Of a DNA stretch of 64,000 nt, positions 10,504-19,051 are shown piece after piece. The DNA is from Candidatus Heimdallarchaeota archaeon (lineage in GTDB: Archaea > Asgardarchaeota > Heimdallarchaeia > Heimdallarchaeales > Heimdallarchaeaceae), in NCBI GenBank assembly GCA_019057815.1, contig JAHLWR010000004.1:96001-160000 (forward strand), written 5' to 3'. The notes beneath the pieces are model-generated. The model did no database searches. It saw only the letters and a program-made list of their open reading frames with translations, and was not told where the DNA came from. The translations under genes were made by a program, and so were the position numbers. Within the stretch, counting starts at the first letter, position 1. Every line of letters begins with the position of its first letter.

Positions 10504-11940
10504 TCATGATGAGTTTTTGTCCTGTTGTCTTATACGACAGACAGAGGTGAGTGTATTTATTAGAGGTCAAGATATAGCGCACAGGAGATACTCTATACTC
10601 ACTCTAAGCGGATACATCACGTATCCTCCTACCCCGTTCACCTTACATTTAGGTAAAGCTTTCGGATCGCTTTTTTTCAAGATATTGTAGGCAGCATTGA
10701 CATCAGCGTTGATCAGATGACCATGAGAGGATCTAAACAAGCCTCGAGTTATCCGTTTTCCAGCATAGTGCTTCCTAGCTTCTGGGAATTCGTTATCAAG
10801 GAAACTACATTTAGAGGTATACTTTTCGGGGATGGTCTCCACGTTTATCCCTCTCTCTGCTGCTTTGTAGCGTAAGATGTCGATGATTCGCATGAAGGGG
10901 ATGGTGACAAACATTTGGGTTATCTTCTTCCAGAAATGCATCCCTTGTTTCCATTTCTTGTTGTAGCCGATAATCACCTCATGTAGCCCTCGTTCTACCC
11001 ACAAGTCTACCAAGTAACAAGTGAGCTGGTGGATAGCTTCTTTAAGTTTCCTTCGCCACTTCTCCTTAAGCTTGTAGTAGGCTTGCCCATAACTGAGCCT
11101 AGTGTTTCCTTTCAGTAGCTGCCTTTGCTGTTGAGCATATTGGATCTGTAATTGTTTCTGTTTTTTCAAATAGAATTGTGTTATACTCTTTATTCCTTTC
11201 CCTGCATCCTTGATAACAATCGGTTGGTTCCCGAGGTTATCCACAAAGGTGGCAAGGTTGACCATCCCTAAATCTACCGCTCCCTTCCGTATCATCCGTT
11301 TCTGAACTTTAGGTAAGGTTTTCTGATACACAAGTTCAAGAGTATAGCCTACTCTTCGGGGGATGATTCGCACTTCTCTTAGCTTTGTAACGGAGGTCAA
11401 TCGTGTCTTGTAATTGTATCCCACTTTCTTTGGAAGCACTAACCACTCGTTGACGATTCTTGCTTGCTGATTGGTGAAAATCGCTACCACTTCCCCGTTC
11501 TTAGGTTTGTAATTCGGTGGCTTGGGCATAGCGAAGAACTGCTCAGGATTGCTTTTCCACTCCTTTAACGCTTGAAAAAATCCTTTCCAGTTTCTGCACA
11601 GGAGTTTGAGTGTGTGTTGTGCGGTGTGCGCAGGAAGCACGCGGTAACACTCTTCATGCTTAAGTAGCTTATTCAAGTCGTTATAGAATAGAAGTTTCTT
11701 CTCTTTGTTTAATGATCTTTTTATCAGAAAGTTTGCTCGATTATAGAGATTCTTTACTTGATGACACAGTGTGCTTAACGCTGGATGATAGTTCACTTCT
11801 ATACATTCCACTCTCAGCACTGTTGTCATCGCTTCTTTATCTAGATATTCTTATAAAAACTCTCTCAATATCTGCGCTAAACTATCCATTTAAACTGATT
11901 CATCTGTAGTTAATAGTACACCAAGACAAAAACCCATCAT
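10504..11940 (-). mobile_element. TnpB-only insertion element with terminal inverted repeats
   Basis: 16-bp inverted repeat ATGATGAGTTTTTGTC (10506-10521) vs GACAAAAACCCATCAT (11925-11940), 15/16; TCAT direct repeat at 10504-10507 and 11937-11940. Confidence 0.8.
10567..11829 (-). CDS. tnpB: TnpB with rearranged RuvC-II and no zinc finger
   Basis: AVDLG; IIGYN at the canonical Glu position; PEKYTSKCSFLD; RGLF; NADVNAAYNI. Confidence 0.93.
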   Translation of the reverse strand: MTTVLRVECIEVNYHPALSTLCHQVKNLYNRANFLIKRSLNKEKKLLFYNDLNKLLKHEECYRVLPAHTAQHTLKLLCRNWKGFFQALKEWKSNPEQFFAMPKPPNYKPKNGEVVAIFTNQQARIVNEWLVLPKKVGYNYKTRLTSVTKLREVRIIPRRVGYTLELVYQKTLPKVQKRMIRKGAVDLGMVNLATFVDNLGNQPIVIKDAGKGIKSITQFYLKKQKQLQIQYAQQQRQLLKGNTRLSYGQAYYKLKEKWRRKLKEAIHQLTCYLVDLWVERGLHEVIIGYNKKWKQGMHFWKKITQMFVTIPFMRIIDILRYKAAERGINVETIPEKYTSKCSFLDNEFPEARKHYAGKRITRGLFRSSHGHLINADVNAAYNILKKSDPKALPKCKVNGVGGYVMYPLRVSIEYLLCAIS

Positions 11941-12066
11941 AAAACCAACTAATAACATCTTCAGTACCTATAAAAGCTTTTTCTAAGTCTGGATTTTGGA
12001 CTACTAGTATATCTAAACATAGGACTATCCAAAAGTACTTACTAAATAAAGTGGTCAAAGAAAAAC

Positions 12067-12122
12067 ATGAAGAGTTTTTGTCTTCTTATCTCATAAAACG
12101 AGGTGAAAAAAACTCATTATGA
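12067..12122 (+). mobile_element. 56-bp mini-element made only of TnpB2-type ends
   Basis: ATGAAGAGTTTTTGTC ... GAAAAAAACTCATTATGA; ATGA at both junctions; both ends resemble the termini of 10504-11940. Confidence 0.55.
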
Positions 12123-12162
12123 TTTCAACAATTAGCCAAAGTATTTTTAAAACAAAATCACT

Positions 12163-12591
12163 ATGTTAGTTTTAGTATTCAATCAGATAGATAACGGTGA
12201 TGGTTATACTGACGGAGAAAAAGTAGATCGTGAGATAGATCCAACAGATCCTATTGATTATCCTATGGTACCAGAATTCTCGAGTTTATCTCTACTCATG
12301 TTATTACCTCTCCTAACAGTTATAAGCAGTTTTTTGTACATTTTTGTGGTGTTTATATAAGGTAGTATAAATTATCCTTTGAAGGATTGTAGATATGCAT
12401 CAACTTCATGGTGATCCTCAGGTCTACATCCAACAAAAACCCAAAAGCGAAACCGTAAGCATATTCGTGAGAAGATGTGGGCGGTGTAGGAGGGTATGTG
12501 GCGTACCCATGATGTGCTGAAGGCACTTCTAAAGGATTTGTACAAAATTCATGTCATAACTCTAGTTTTACGTAAAAGAAAGGAAGATTAA
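12163..12591 (+). pseudogene. 3' remnant of a surface protein (Asp-rich Ca-binding-type repeat, VPEF, TM, basic tail) split by MITE B
   Basis: DGYTDGE...DPTDPIDYP-VPEF; removing MITE B restores ...LLPLLTV|ITLVLRKRKED*. Confidence 0.75.
12322..12559 (+). mobile_element. MITE B, TnpB-derived, omegaRNA-like
   Basis: ATAA at 12322-12325 and 12556-12559; ends read inward ATAAGCAGTTTTTTGTACA and ATGACATGAATTTTGTACA; encodes GVGGYVAYP, matching the TnpB2 C-terminus GVGGYVMYP. Confidence 0.88.
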
Positions 12592-12815
12592 CTTCTTCCT
12601 CTTTTATTTCTTTTTTTCAAATACTAATTTGACCATTCCGTTTTTAAGTGGAAAGCAATTTTAGTTGATTTATAAAGAATGTCTATGACAAAAAAATCAT
12701 ATTCGTTCTTCAGAATTTGTTTTAACCTCCGAATACTATTTTCATCAACTTTAAGAAACGTACTTTAGAAAGATATTTATTACAGAATGATATTATTCCA
12801 CAAAGCTGTATTAAG

Positions 12816-13586
12816 ATGTATTATGATATAAATGGTATTAAAATGAACATAGTTTCTTTTGGTGATGGAGAAGAAACATTCCTTGGAGTTTCAGGTTTTA
12901 TTGCTAACTGGACCGTGTGGGGTTTTATTTTTGAGATAATGAGTAAAAAATGGAAATGTGTATCTTATAGTCCTCGTGGAAGTGGAGAGAGTCCTGCTCC
13001 AATTGAAACATTTTCACTACAAGCAGTAATTGATGATTTATTTGGTGTGATGGATGCTTTGGAGATTGAGAAGTGTTATCTCGGAGGAGAATCTCTGGGT
13101 GGCTCTATTGCTCTTTTAGCTGCTATGCAACAACCTGAGCGATTTAAAGGTCTTATAATTGTTAATACTTCGGGTCCAAATGTGAGACCACTTAGTGAAG
13201 AAATGAAACAGTTTATGGATTTAATAAGTACAGATCAAAAAGCAGCAATAAGTACATGTGTCGAATCAATTTTCCCAGAACCTGATATTGAACACATTAA
13301 AAACAATGCGCTTCATTCCATGCTCCATGCTGATCCAGAAACAACCATCCGTGTACTTAAATTACTTAATGAAGGAGAAACAAATGTTCCTGTTCAGAAT
13401 ATCAATATACCAACTCTAATTATCTATGGAGATTTAGATGGGCCATATACAATAGAAAATTGTAAATATCTGGCAAGAACAATACCAAATGCAGAACTGG
13501 AAGTGATTAAAGGAGCGGGGCATGTGCCATTAATCACCTATCCTAAAGAAGTCGTTGAAGCAATAGAAAGAAGATTTTCAATCTAA
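12816..13586 (+). CDS. Alpha/beta hydrolase
   Basis: Nucleophile elbow GESLGG, YGDLD, GAGH. Confidence 0.92.
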   Translation: MYYDINGIKMNIVSFGDGEETFLGVSGFIANWTVWGFIFEIMSKKWKCVSYSPRGSGESPAPIETFSLQAVIDDLFGVMDALEIEKCYLGGESLGGSIALLAAMQQPERFKGLIIVNTSGPNVRPLSEEMKQFMDLISTDQKAAISTCVESIFPEPDIEHIKNNALHSMLHADPETTIRVLKLLNEGETNVPVQNINIPTLIIYGDLDGPYTIENCKYLARTIPNAELEVIKGAGHVPLITYPKEVVEAIERRFSI

Positions 13587-13650
13587 AAAATTTATTCTTT
13601 CTTTCCTTGATTTGTAGTTAAGAATAACATCTTCATTAACATTAAGAAAC

Positions 13651-14481
13651 ATGCATGAGAAAGATTTTTATGTAGAATATTGCTTTTCTACAAGGTGTAC
13701 TAGGATGTTTTACGATATAAATGGAATTAAGATAAACACTGTTTCTTTTGGTTCAGGAGAAGAAACCTTTCTAGGTATAAGTGGTTTTGTTGCAGATTGG
13801 CATGTTTGGATGCATGTTTTCGAGCTTTTAAGCACTAAAATGCGCTGTATTGGTTATGATCATCGTGGTGCAGGAGAAAGTACAGCACATCCTGAATCAA
13901 TTACAAAACAATCATATGTTGATGATTTGATAGGAGTAATGGATCAATTAGGTGTTGACCAATGTATTCTAGGAGGAGAGTCTTTTGGTGGTACCGTTGC
14001 TATTCTAGCAGCTTTACAACATCCTGAACGTTTCAAAGGTTTAGTAATCGTTAATACTTCTAGCTCAAGCGCAACACCACTTAATGAAGGAGAAAAACAA
14101 TTCATAAATCTAATAAGAACAAATCACTTATTAGCCATGGAACAGTTCATTGAAAATGTCTTCCCAGAACCAAATATTGAACACCTTAAACGCTGGGGAG
14201 TTCACATCTGTATGAAACCTAAACCTGAAGTTGCTGTTCGTTGTATTGAATTAGGAGCTGAAGGTGACACTAATGTACCAGTTCAAGATATTAAGATTCC
14301 AACACTTGTTGTTTATGGAGATAAAGATTCTGAAGCAGCAATAAAACATTGTACTTATCTGGCTAAGACTATCCCTAATGCAACGCTAAAAGTAGTTGGA
14401 GGAGCAGGACATGTTCCAATACTTACTCGACCATATGAGGTTGTAGAAACAATAGAAAAACTATTTCCTGAAATAAAATAA
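13651..14481 (+). CDS. Alpha/beta hydrolase, tandem paralog (likely start 13705)
   Basis: YDHRGAGES, GESFGG, YGDKD, GAGH; aligns end to end with the preceding gene from MFYDINGIK. Confidence 0.92.
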   Translation: MHEKDFYVEYCFSTRCTRMFYDINGIKINTVSFGSGEETFLGISGFVADWHVWMHVFELLSTKMRCIGYDHRGAGESTAHPESITKQSYVDDLIGVMDQLGVDQCILGGESFGGTVAILAALQHPERFKGLVIVNTSSSSATPLNEGEKQFINLIRTNHLLAMEQFIENVFPEPNIEHLKRWGVHICMKPKPEVAVRCIELGAEGDTNVPVQDIKIPTLVVYGDKDSEAAIKHCTYLAKTIPNATLKVVGGAGHVPILTRPYEVVETIEKLFPEIK

Positions 14482-14932
14482 GTTCCCTTAAATCATTTTT
14501 TCATAACTAATTTAACTAAACCTTTTATCTTCTTTTTTAAGTAAATTACCTAGTTTCATTTTGACATGTTTATTTGTCTGAATATTATCTGTAGTCACAT
14601 TATTGGAGCGTTTTAGTAATTTATAAATTATTGTAATTAAATATTATCTTCATAGAAGAAGTGAGAAAAAATGGAATGAGAATTATATACTCTATATATC
14701 ATATTCTGCTGAAGAGAGTTAATAATATGAAAAAAATAAACACTTTGTTTACAAGAATATCAACATTCTGAAAGAATTTAAAGAAAGTGAAGATGTAAAA
14801 AAATTACTTGTAACAGCTTTTGAGGAAGTAAAACAGAATAAATTGATTACTATTCTTGAAACTTGTTCTACATTCCAAAGAGATTGGGAATTCTGGGGGA
14901 ATAGGAGCTGAGATTTCATATGAAGAAGAAGT

Positions 14933-16753
14933 TTAGTCTTCTAGAAATTTCCTTTTAAAGAAATCTAAAGTAAGTGTATATTCACGGATTAGTGAATCTT
15001 GACCAATCAAGAGATGTCCTTTTCCTGAATCTTCTAGATATTCAAAATCTTCACCTTCATTCTTACCAATTTTAAGCAGTTTTTCTTTGAAATTTCTAGC
15101 TTCTTCTACAGGGCATCTCATATCATTTATTGCTTGAATAATTAGGATTGGAGCTCTAATATTTTCAACAAAATTAAGTGGACTTCTATCTTCATACAAT
15201 TCTTTATTTTCTTCGTAGGTACCAAATAAATATTCTATGAACATTTTGAATCCTGGAACACTTTTATCATACATGTTTTTCCAATGGGTTATTCCAACTG
15301 AGGAAGCACCAGCATTCCACCCAGCCTCTGCATATTTAGTTAGCTGCAAATTAGTCATATACCCACCATATGATCCACCGAAAATCCCTATTTTATTTGA
15401 ATCGACAAAATCTAATGATTCCAAATATTTCTTTGCATAGACGTAGTCTTTCCCATCTATTCCTCCAATATCTTTGATAATTGTTTCTCTGAATTCTCGA
15501 CCATATCCATAAGAACCTCGAATGTGTGGTGACATCACTACAAATCCTTCAGAGACCAAGACTTGTCCAAAACCGTAGAAACTCAATGTAAGTCTTCCTC
15601 CTGGACCTCCTGGTGCAAGAATTACTGCAGGATATTTCTTTCCTGATTCTATCTCTGGTTTGTATAGAACTGCATTTAATTTCTCACCATCAAATGTTTT
15701 ATACTGTACCTTTTCAGCCTTAACAAAATCTTCTTCTGTAAAACCTGCAAATTCTTTGATTATAGGTATCTCTTTTTTGTTTTCTAAATCATATAATGCT
15801 AGAATCCCTGGTGATGTTGGATCTGATCGGCTATAGATTAGATATTTATCATTATAGCAGAATTTTGTCGAGTAAATTTCTCCTTCTAATTCAGGAATTT
15901 CTTCATCTCCTGTTTCAATATCATATATCACAATATATCGTCTAAAAGGTGAATCTCTTAGAGCTAATATTTTCCTTTTATCTAAACTAATATTTACGGG
16001 AATCTCATCATATTCTGTTTTGCTAAGCCAAGTCAATTCTTCTTTTGTTGTATTATATAGACCTATCTTGGTTGTTCCTTCAACATCTGAAGATAATAAT
16101 AGCAATTCTCCATCTCGAGATGTTTCATATAACAGATCTGCTGAATCTGAAGATAACGAGATTATTTTTCTTTGTTCAGTTCCATCACTTTTTATCTCAT
16201 AAATATCTCTATTCTTTCTGTTCTCAGTATCATTTGAATGATAATAAACTAGCCCATTTTCACACCAAAAACCCTCACCACAAGGATATTTGTGGAAAGT
16301 TATCTGTTTCTTTTCTTTTGTTTCAACATTGAGAGTATAGAGATCACTAGGACCATTCTGATCTGATAATATTAGTAATGATTCTTTATTTGGACTAATA
16401 TCGCTAATAAAATCTATTGATTTTTCATTTTCAATCAGAGTTGTTTCTGTTTGTTCTTTTGTGTTATAGAGATATACATTGAAACGTTCATCCCCATCTT
16501 TATCTTTGTTAACAATCATTTCTTCCCCTTTCTTCCACCATCTAAAACTTGTACTAGTTGTTAGATTAGGAACAGTTGTGTATTCTTGATATTCCAAAGT
16601 TTCAAGATTAATTTGATAAACTTTTGAGGGTCCATCCTTATCGCTTGCAAAAAAAATCTCTTCTCTACCTAAATAGCAATAAAAAGTGTATGAAGGAATT
16701 TTAGCTATCTGTTCGATAGGTATTTTTTTCATACAGCGTATTTCGTCTATCAA
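14933..16753 (-). CDS. S9 family peptidase (acylaminoacyl-peptidase-like)
   Basis: Beta-propeller N-terminus, GGPG, RGSYGYG, GGSYGG, NDMRC, GH. Confidence 0.93.
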   Translation of the reverse strand: MIDEIRCMKKIPIEQIAKIPSYTFYCYLGREEIFFASDKDGPSKVYQINLETLEYQEYTTVPNLTTSTSFRWWKKGEEMIVNKDKDGDERFNVYLYNTKEQTETTLIENEKSIDFISDISPNKESLLILSDQNGPSDLYTLNVETKEKKQITFHKYPCGEGFWCENGLVYYHSNDTENRKNRDIYEIKSDGTEQRKIISLSSDSADLLYETSRDGELLLLSSDVEGTTKIGLYNTTKEELTWLSKTEYDEIPVNISLDKRKILALRDSPFRRYIVIYDIETGDEEIPELEGEIYSTKFCYNDKYLIYSRSDPTSPGILALYDLENKKEIPIIKEFAGFTEEDFVKAEKVQYKTFDGEKLNAVLYKPEIESGKKYPAVILAPGGPGGRLTLSFYGFGQVLVSEGFVVMSPHIRGSYGYGREFRETIIKDIGGIDGKDYVYAKKYLESLDFVDSNKIGIFGGSYGGYMTNLQLTKYAEAGWNAGASSVGITHWKNMYDKSVPGFKMFIEYLFGTYEENKELYEDRSPLNFVENIRAPILIIQAINDMRCPVEEARNFKEKLLKIGKNEGEDFEYLEDSGKGHLLIGQDSLIREYTLTLDFFKRKFLED

Positions 16754-16879
16754 TATTTAAATCTAGAACATATATCTCTAATGTGAATCACAAAATTGAA
16801 GATTCCCAAACATACTAAACACACCCACTTTCGACTTATCTTACAAAAGAACTCTATAGATATTTTGACAACATTTAAT

Positions 16880-16897
16880 TATAAGTAATCACTTATA
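16880..16897. promoter_or_regulatory. Putative ArsR operator 1
   Basis: TATAAGTAATCACTTATA just upstream of the arsR start; 17/18 identical to the centre of operator 2. Confidence 0.7.
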
Positions 16898-16903
16898 CTC
16901 TTA

Positions 16904-17275
16904 ATGTCAATGAAGAAGGAGATACTTGAGGTTTCAGAGATTTTCAAAGCGTTATCGGATCCTACAAGGTTAAGATTGATCAGATTACTTGCGTCCAATA
17001 TGGAAGAAAAATTGTGCGTTGTGGATTTAGCAGTCAAACTTGGTGTATCACAACCCGCTACATCACAACACCTAAAAGTTCTAAAGACTGTTAAAATCCT
17101 CTATTCAGAAAAAGAAAGACCCAAGATATACTATTTCCTGAATCTTGTTGAGTTCAGAAGACAGAAGAAACTTGTTGATAAAATGTATGATTTTGCGTTC
17201 ACTAGATGTTCTCAAGGAGGACTGTGTGAAGATTGTCCATTTAGAGATGACTGTGAGGACGTCTCTATTGAATAA
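16904..17275 (+). CDS. ArsR/SmtB transcriptional regulator with C-terminal 4-Cys tail
   Basis: FKALSDPTRLRLI, LCVVDL, SQPATSQHLKVL; tail CSQGGLCEDCPFRDDC. Confidence 0.93.
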   Translation: MSMKKEILEVSEIFKALSDPTRLRLIRLLASNMEEKLCVVDLAVKLGVSQPATSQHLKVLKTVKILYSEKERPKIYYFLNLVEFRRQKKLVDKMYDFAFTRCSQGGLCEDCPFRDDCEDVSIE

Positions 17276-17331
17276 ATCAATTTAATGTTAGCTTCGAAAA
17301 ACCTGAATCGAAGCGAGATGCAGATTAGGAA

Positions 17332-17363
17332 ATAAGTATATAAGTAATTACTTATATACTTAT
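17332..17363. promoter_or_regulatory. Perfect 32-bp palindrome, putative ArsR operator 2
   Basis: ATAAGTATATAAGTAATTACTTATATACTTAT. Confidence 0.75.
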
Positions 17364-17385
17364 AGCGCCTAATGAATTTAAGAAA

Positions 17386-18153
17386 GTGGATAATATGAAC
17401 AAGGCTGTAGATATGAAAAATGAAACAGAAATGAAGTATAATTGGAGAAGTATAATTACTTGGAGTTTTTTGGGGTTGGTTTTTGTGTTAATAGTAATTA
17501 TGACTTTTATGAGAACCCCTGAACAAATAACGAACAAACTTACAATAATCAGTAGTCAATTGAAGTACTATTTCCTTGCAATGCATATTGTAATTTTTCT
17601 TTTACTGGGAACTGGAATGGTATGGAAAAGATATAGGAATCAGATCTTCTTTACAATAATACTTATTCTTTCGCTATCTAGCACTATTGTTTCAAGTATC
17701 TATGTAGTTATACCAAATATCATCTTCTTTGGGGTCATAACAGTCATAATCCTTATTTCGTTTATATCAAAGAAATTAAAATTTGATTTAGAGAATGCTA
17801 AGATTATTGATTGGATATTTTCTAGTATTGGATTAATTATTGGTTTTTGGTATCTACATTGGGTTGAGGGTCCAATAGCTTTGAATGCTCTTCTTTATTC
17901 GCCCTTAGGTGGAGTAAATTGCCCTACTTTAGTCATGATAACAGCTGTATTGATACTTGCAAAGAAACCAAGGCCTATCATGTTGACAACATTTGTTGGA
18001 GCATTAACAATTTATTTTGGGTTTTTCGGTATGATACTGCTTGGTGCTTATGTAGACATAGCTTTAATTTTGTGTGGGGCGTATCTGATAATCAAAGTTA
18101 TGATCAGCAGAGTTTATACAAGAAGAGACAATGGAAAGATTAGTACTAGTTAG
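17386..18153 (+). CDS. Multi-pass membrane protein, likely ArsR-regulated
   Basis: 7-8 TM helices, SPLGGVNCPT motif. Confidence 0.8.
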   Translation: MDNMNKAVDMKNETEMKYNWRSIITWSFLGLVFVLIVIMTFMRTPEQITNKLTIISSQLKYYFLAMHIVIFLLLGTGMVWKRYRNQIFFTIILILSLSSTIVSSIYVVIPNIIFFGVITVIILISFISKKLKFDLENAKIIDWIFSSIGLIIGFWYLHWVEGPIALNALLYSPLGGVNCPTLVMITAVLILAKKPRPIMLTTFVGALTIYFGFFGMILLGAYVDIALILCGAYLIIKVMISRVYTRRDNGKISTS

Positions 18154-18202
18154 TGCAAAAATTTCAACTTAACATTATTAGAAAAGTATTATTTCAAAGG
18201 AT

Positions 18203-18850
18203 TTGGAATCAGCTTCCCTAACATTTTTATTTGTTTTGATTGAATTCTGGTTTATGAACATCTTCCTTGTCAGACATGGTGAAACAGATTACGGAAAAAA
18301 ACATTTCACAACAGGGCACATTGATATTCCTTTAAATGAGACTGGAAAAAAAGAAGCGCAAGCTACAGCTAAATTTCTAAAAGGAAGAAATATAGTAAAA
18401 ATACTCTCTTCAAGTTTGAGTAGAGCAAGTGAAACAGCTGAAATTATAGCATCAGAACTTAATCTGCCAATTGTAGAATATGATGAGCTCATAGAACATA
18501 CTTCAGGGAAACTTGACGGTGTATCACTCAAAGTATTCTTAGATAAGTTGAAGAGCGTCGGGGATTTTAATAAGATGGTTCTACAGTCAGGAGGGGAACG
18601 TTGGAGTGTATTCACAGAACGAGTATGGAATAAGTTTCTTGATATTGTGAAAGAAAATAAAGATGATGGTAACATCTTAATTGTAACTCATGGAGGAGTT
18701 ACTCGTACAATTATTTCTGAAATATTTGGATCTCCTTACCTTAAAGCACTTTCGCAGGGAAGTTGCTGTATAAACGTCATTAGTTACGATAAAGAAAAAG
18801 AAAATAAGTTCCGTGTGGAACTTGTTAACTACACATACCATATGATATGA
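18203..18850 (+). CDS. Histidine phosphatase family protein (likely start 18254)
   Basis: RHGET, SSLSRASETA and VTHGG motifs. Confidence 0.93.
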   Translation: MESASLTFLFVLIEFWFMNIFLVRHGETDYGKKHFTTGHIDIPLNETGKKEAQATAKFLKGRNIVKILSSSLSRASETAEIIASELNLPIVEYDELIEHTSGKLDGVSLKVFLDKLKSVGDFNKMVLQSGGERWSVFTERVWNKFLDIVKENKDDGNILIVTHGGVTRTIISEIFGSPYLKALSQGSCCINVISYDKEKENKFRVELVNYTYHMI

Positions 18851-18915
18851 ATTTTGTATAGATTCTTTAGAAGTGCCTACAGCACATCATGGGAACGCCA
18901 CATACCCTCTTACAC
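18840..18915 (-). mobile_element. MITE C, right-end portion; left end unresolved
   Basis: Reverse complement GTGTAAGAGGGTATGTGGCGTTCCCATGATGTGCTGTAGGCACTTCTAAAGAATCTATACAAAATTCATATCAT aligns with 12485-12557. Confidence 0.8.
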
Positions 18916-19051
18916 TTTCTCATTTCTCTAAAATTCATGTTTCTTGGCTTCTAAAACCGCATGTAACATAGTAGTATACAATAAGGTATCTTATAGTAAT
19001 GCTCGTCTTTCTTGGAAGATGAGTGTCTTTGCAGTAAAATGAAAATTATAT

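Noticed and set aside
18916-19051. Left end of MITE C
   Set aside because: Two candidates: 18994 has the end motif but ATAA, and 19051 has ATAT but no motif. Unresolved.
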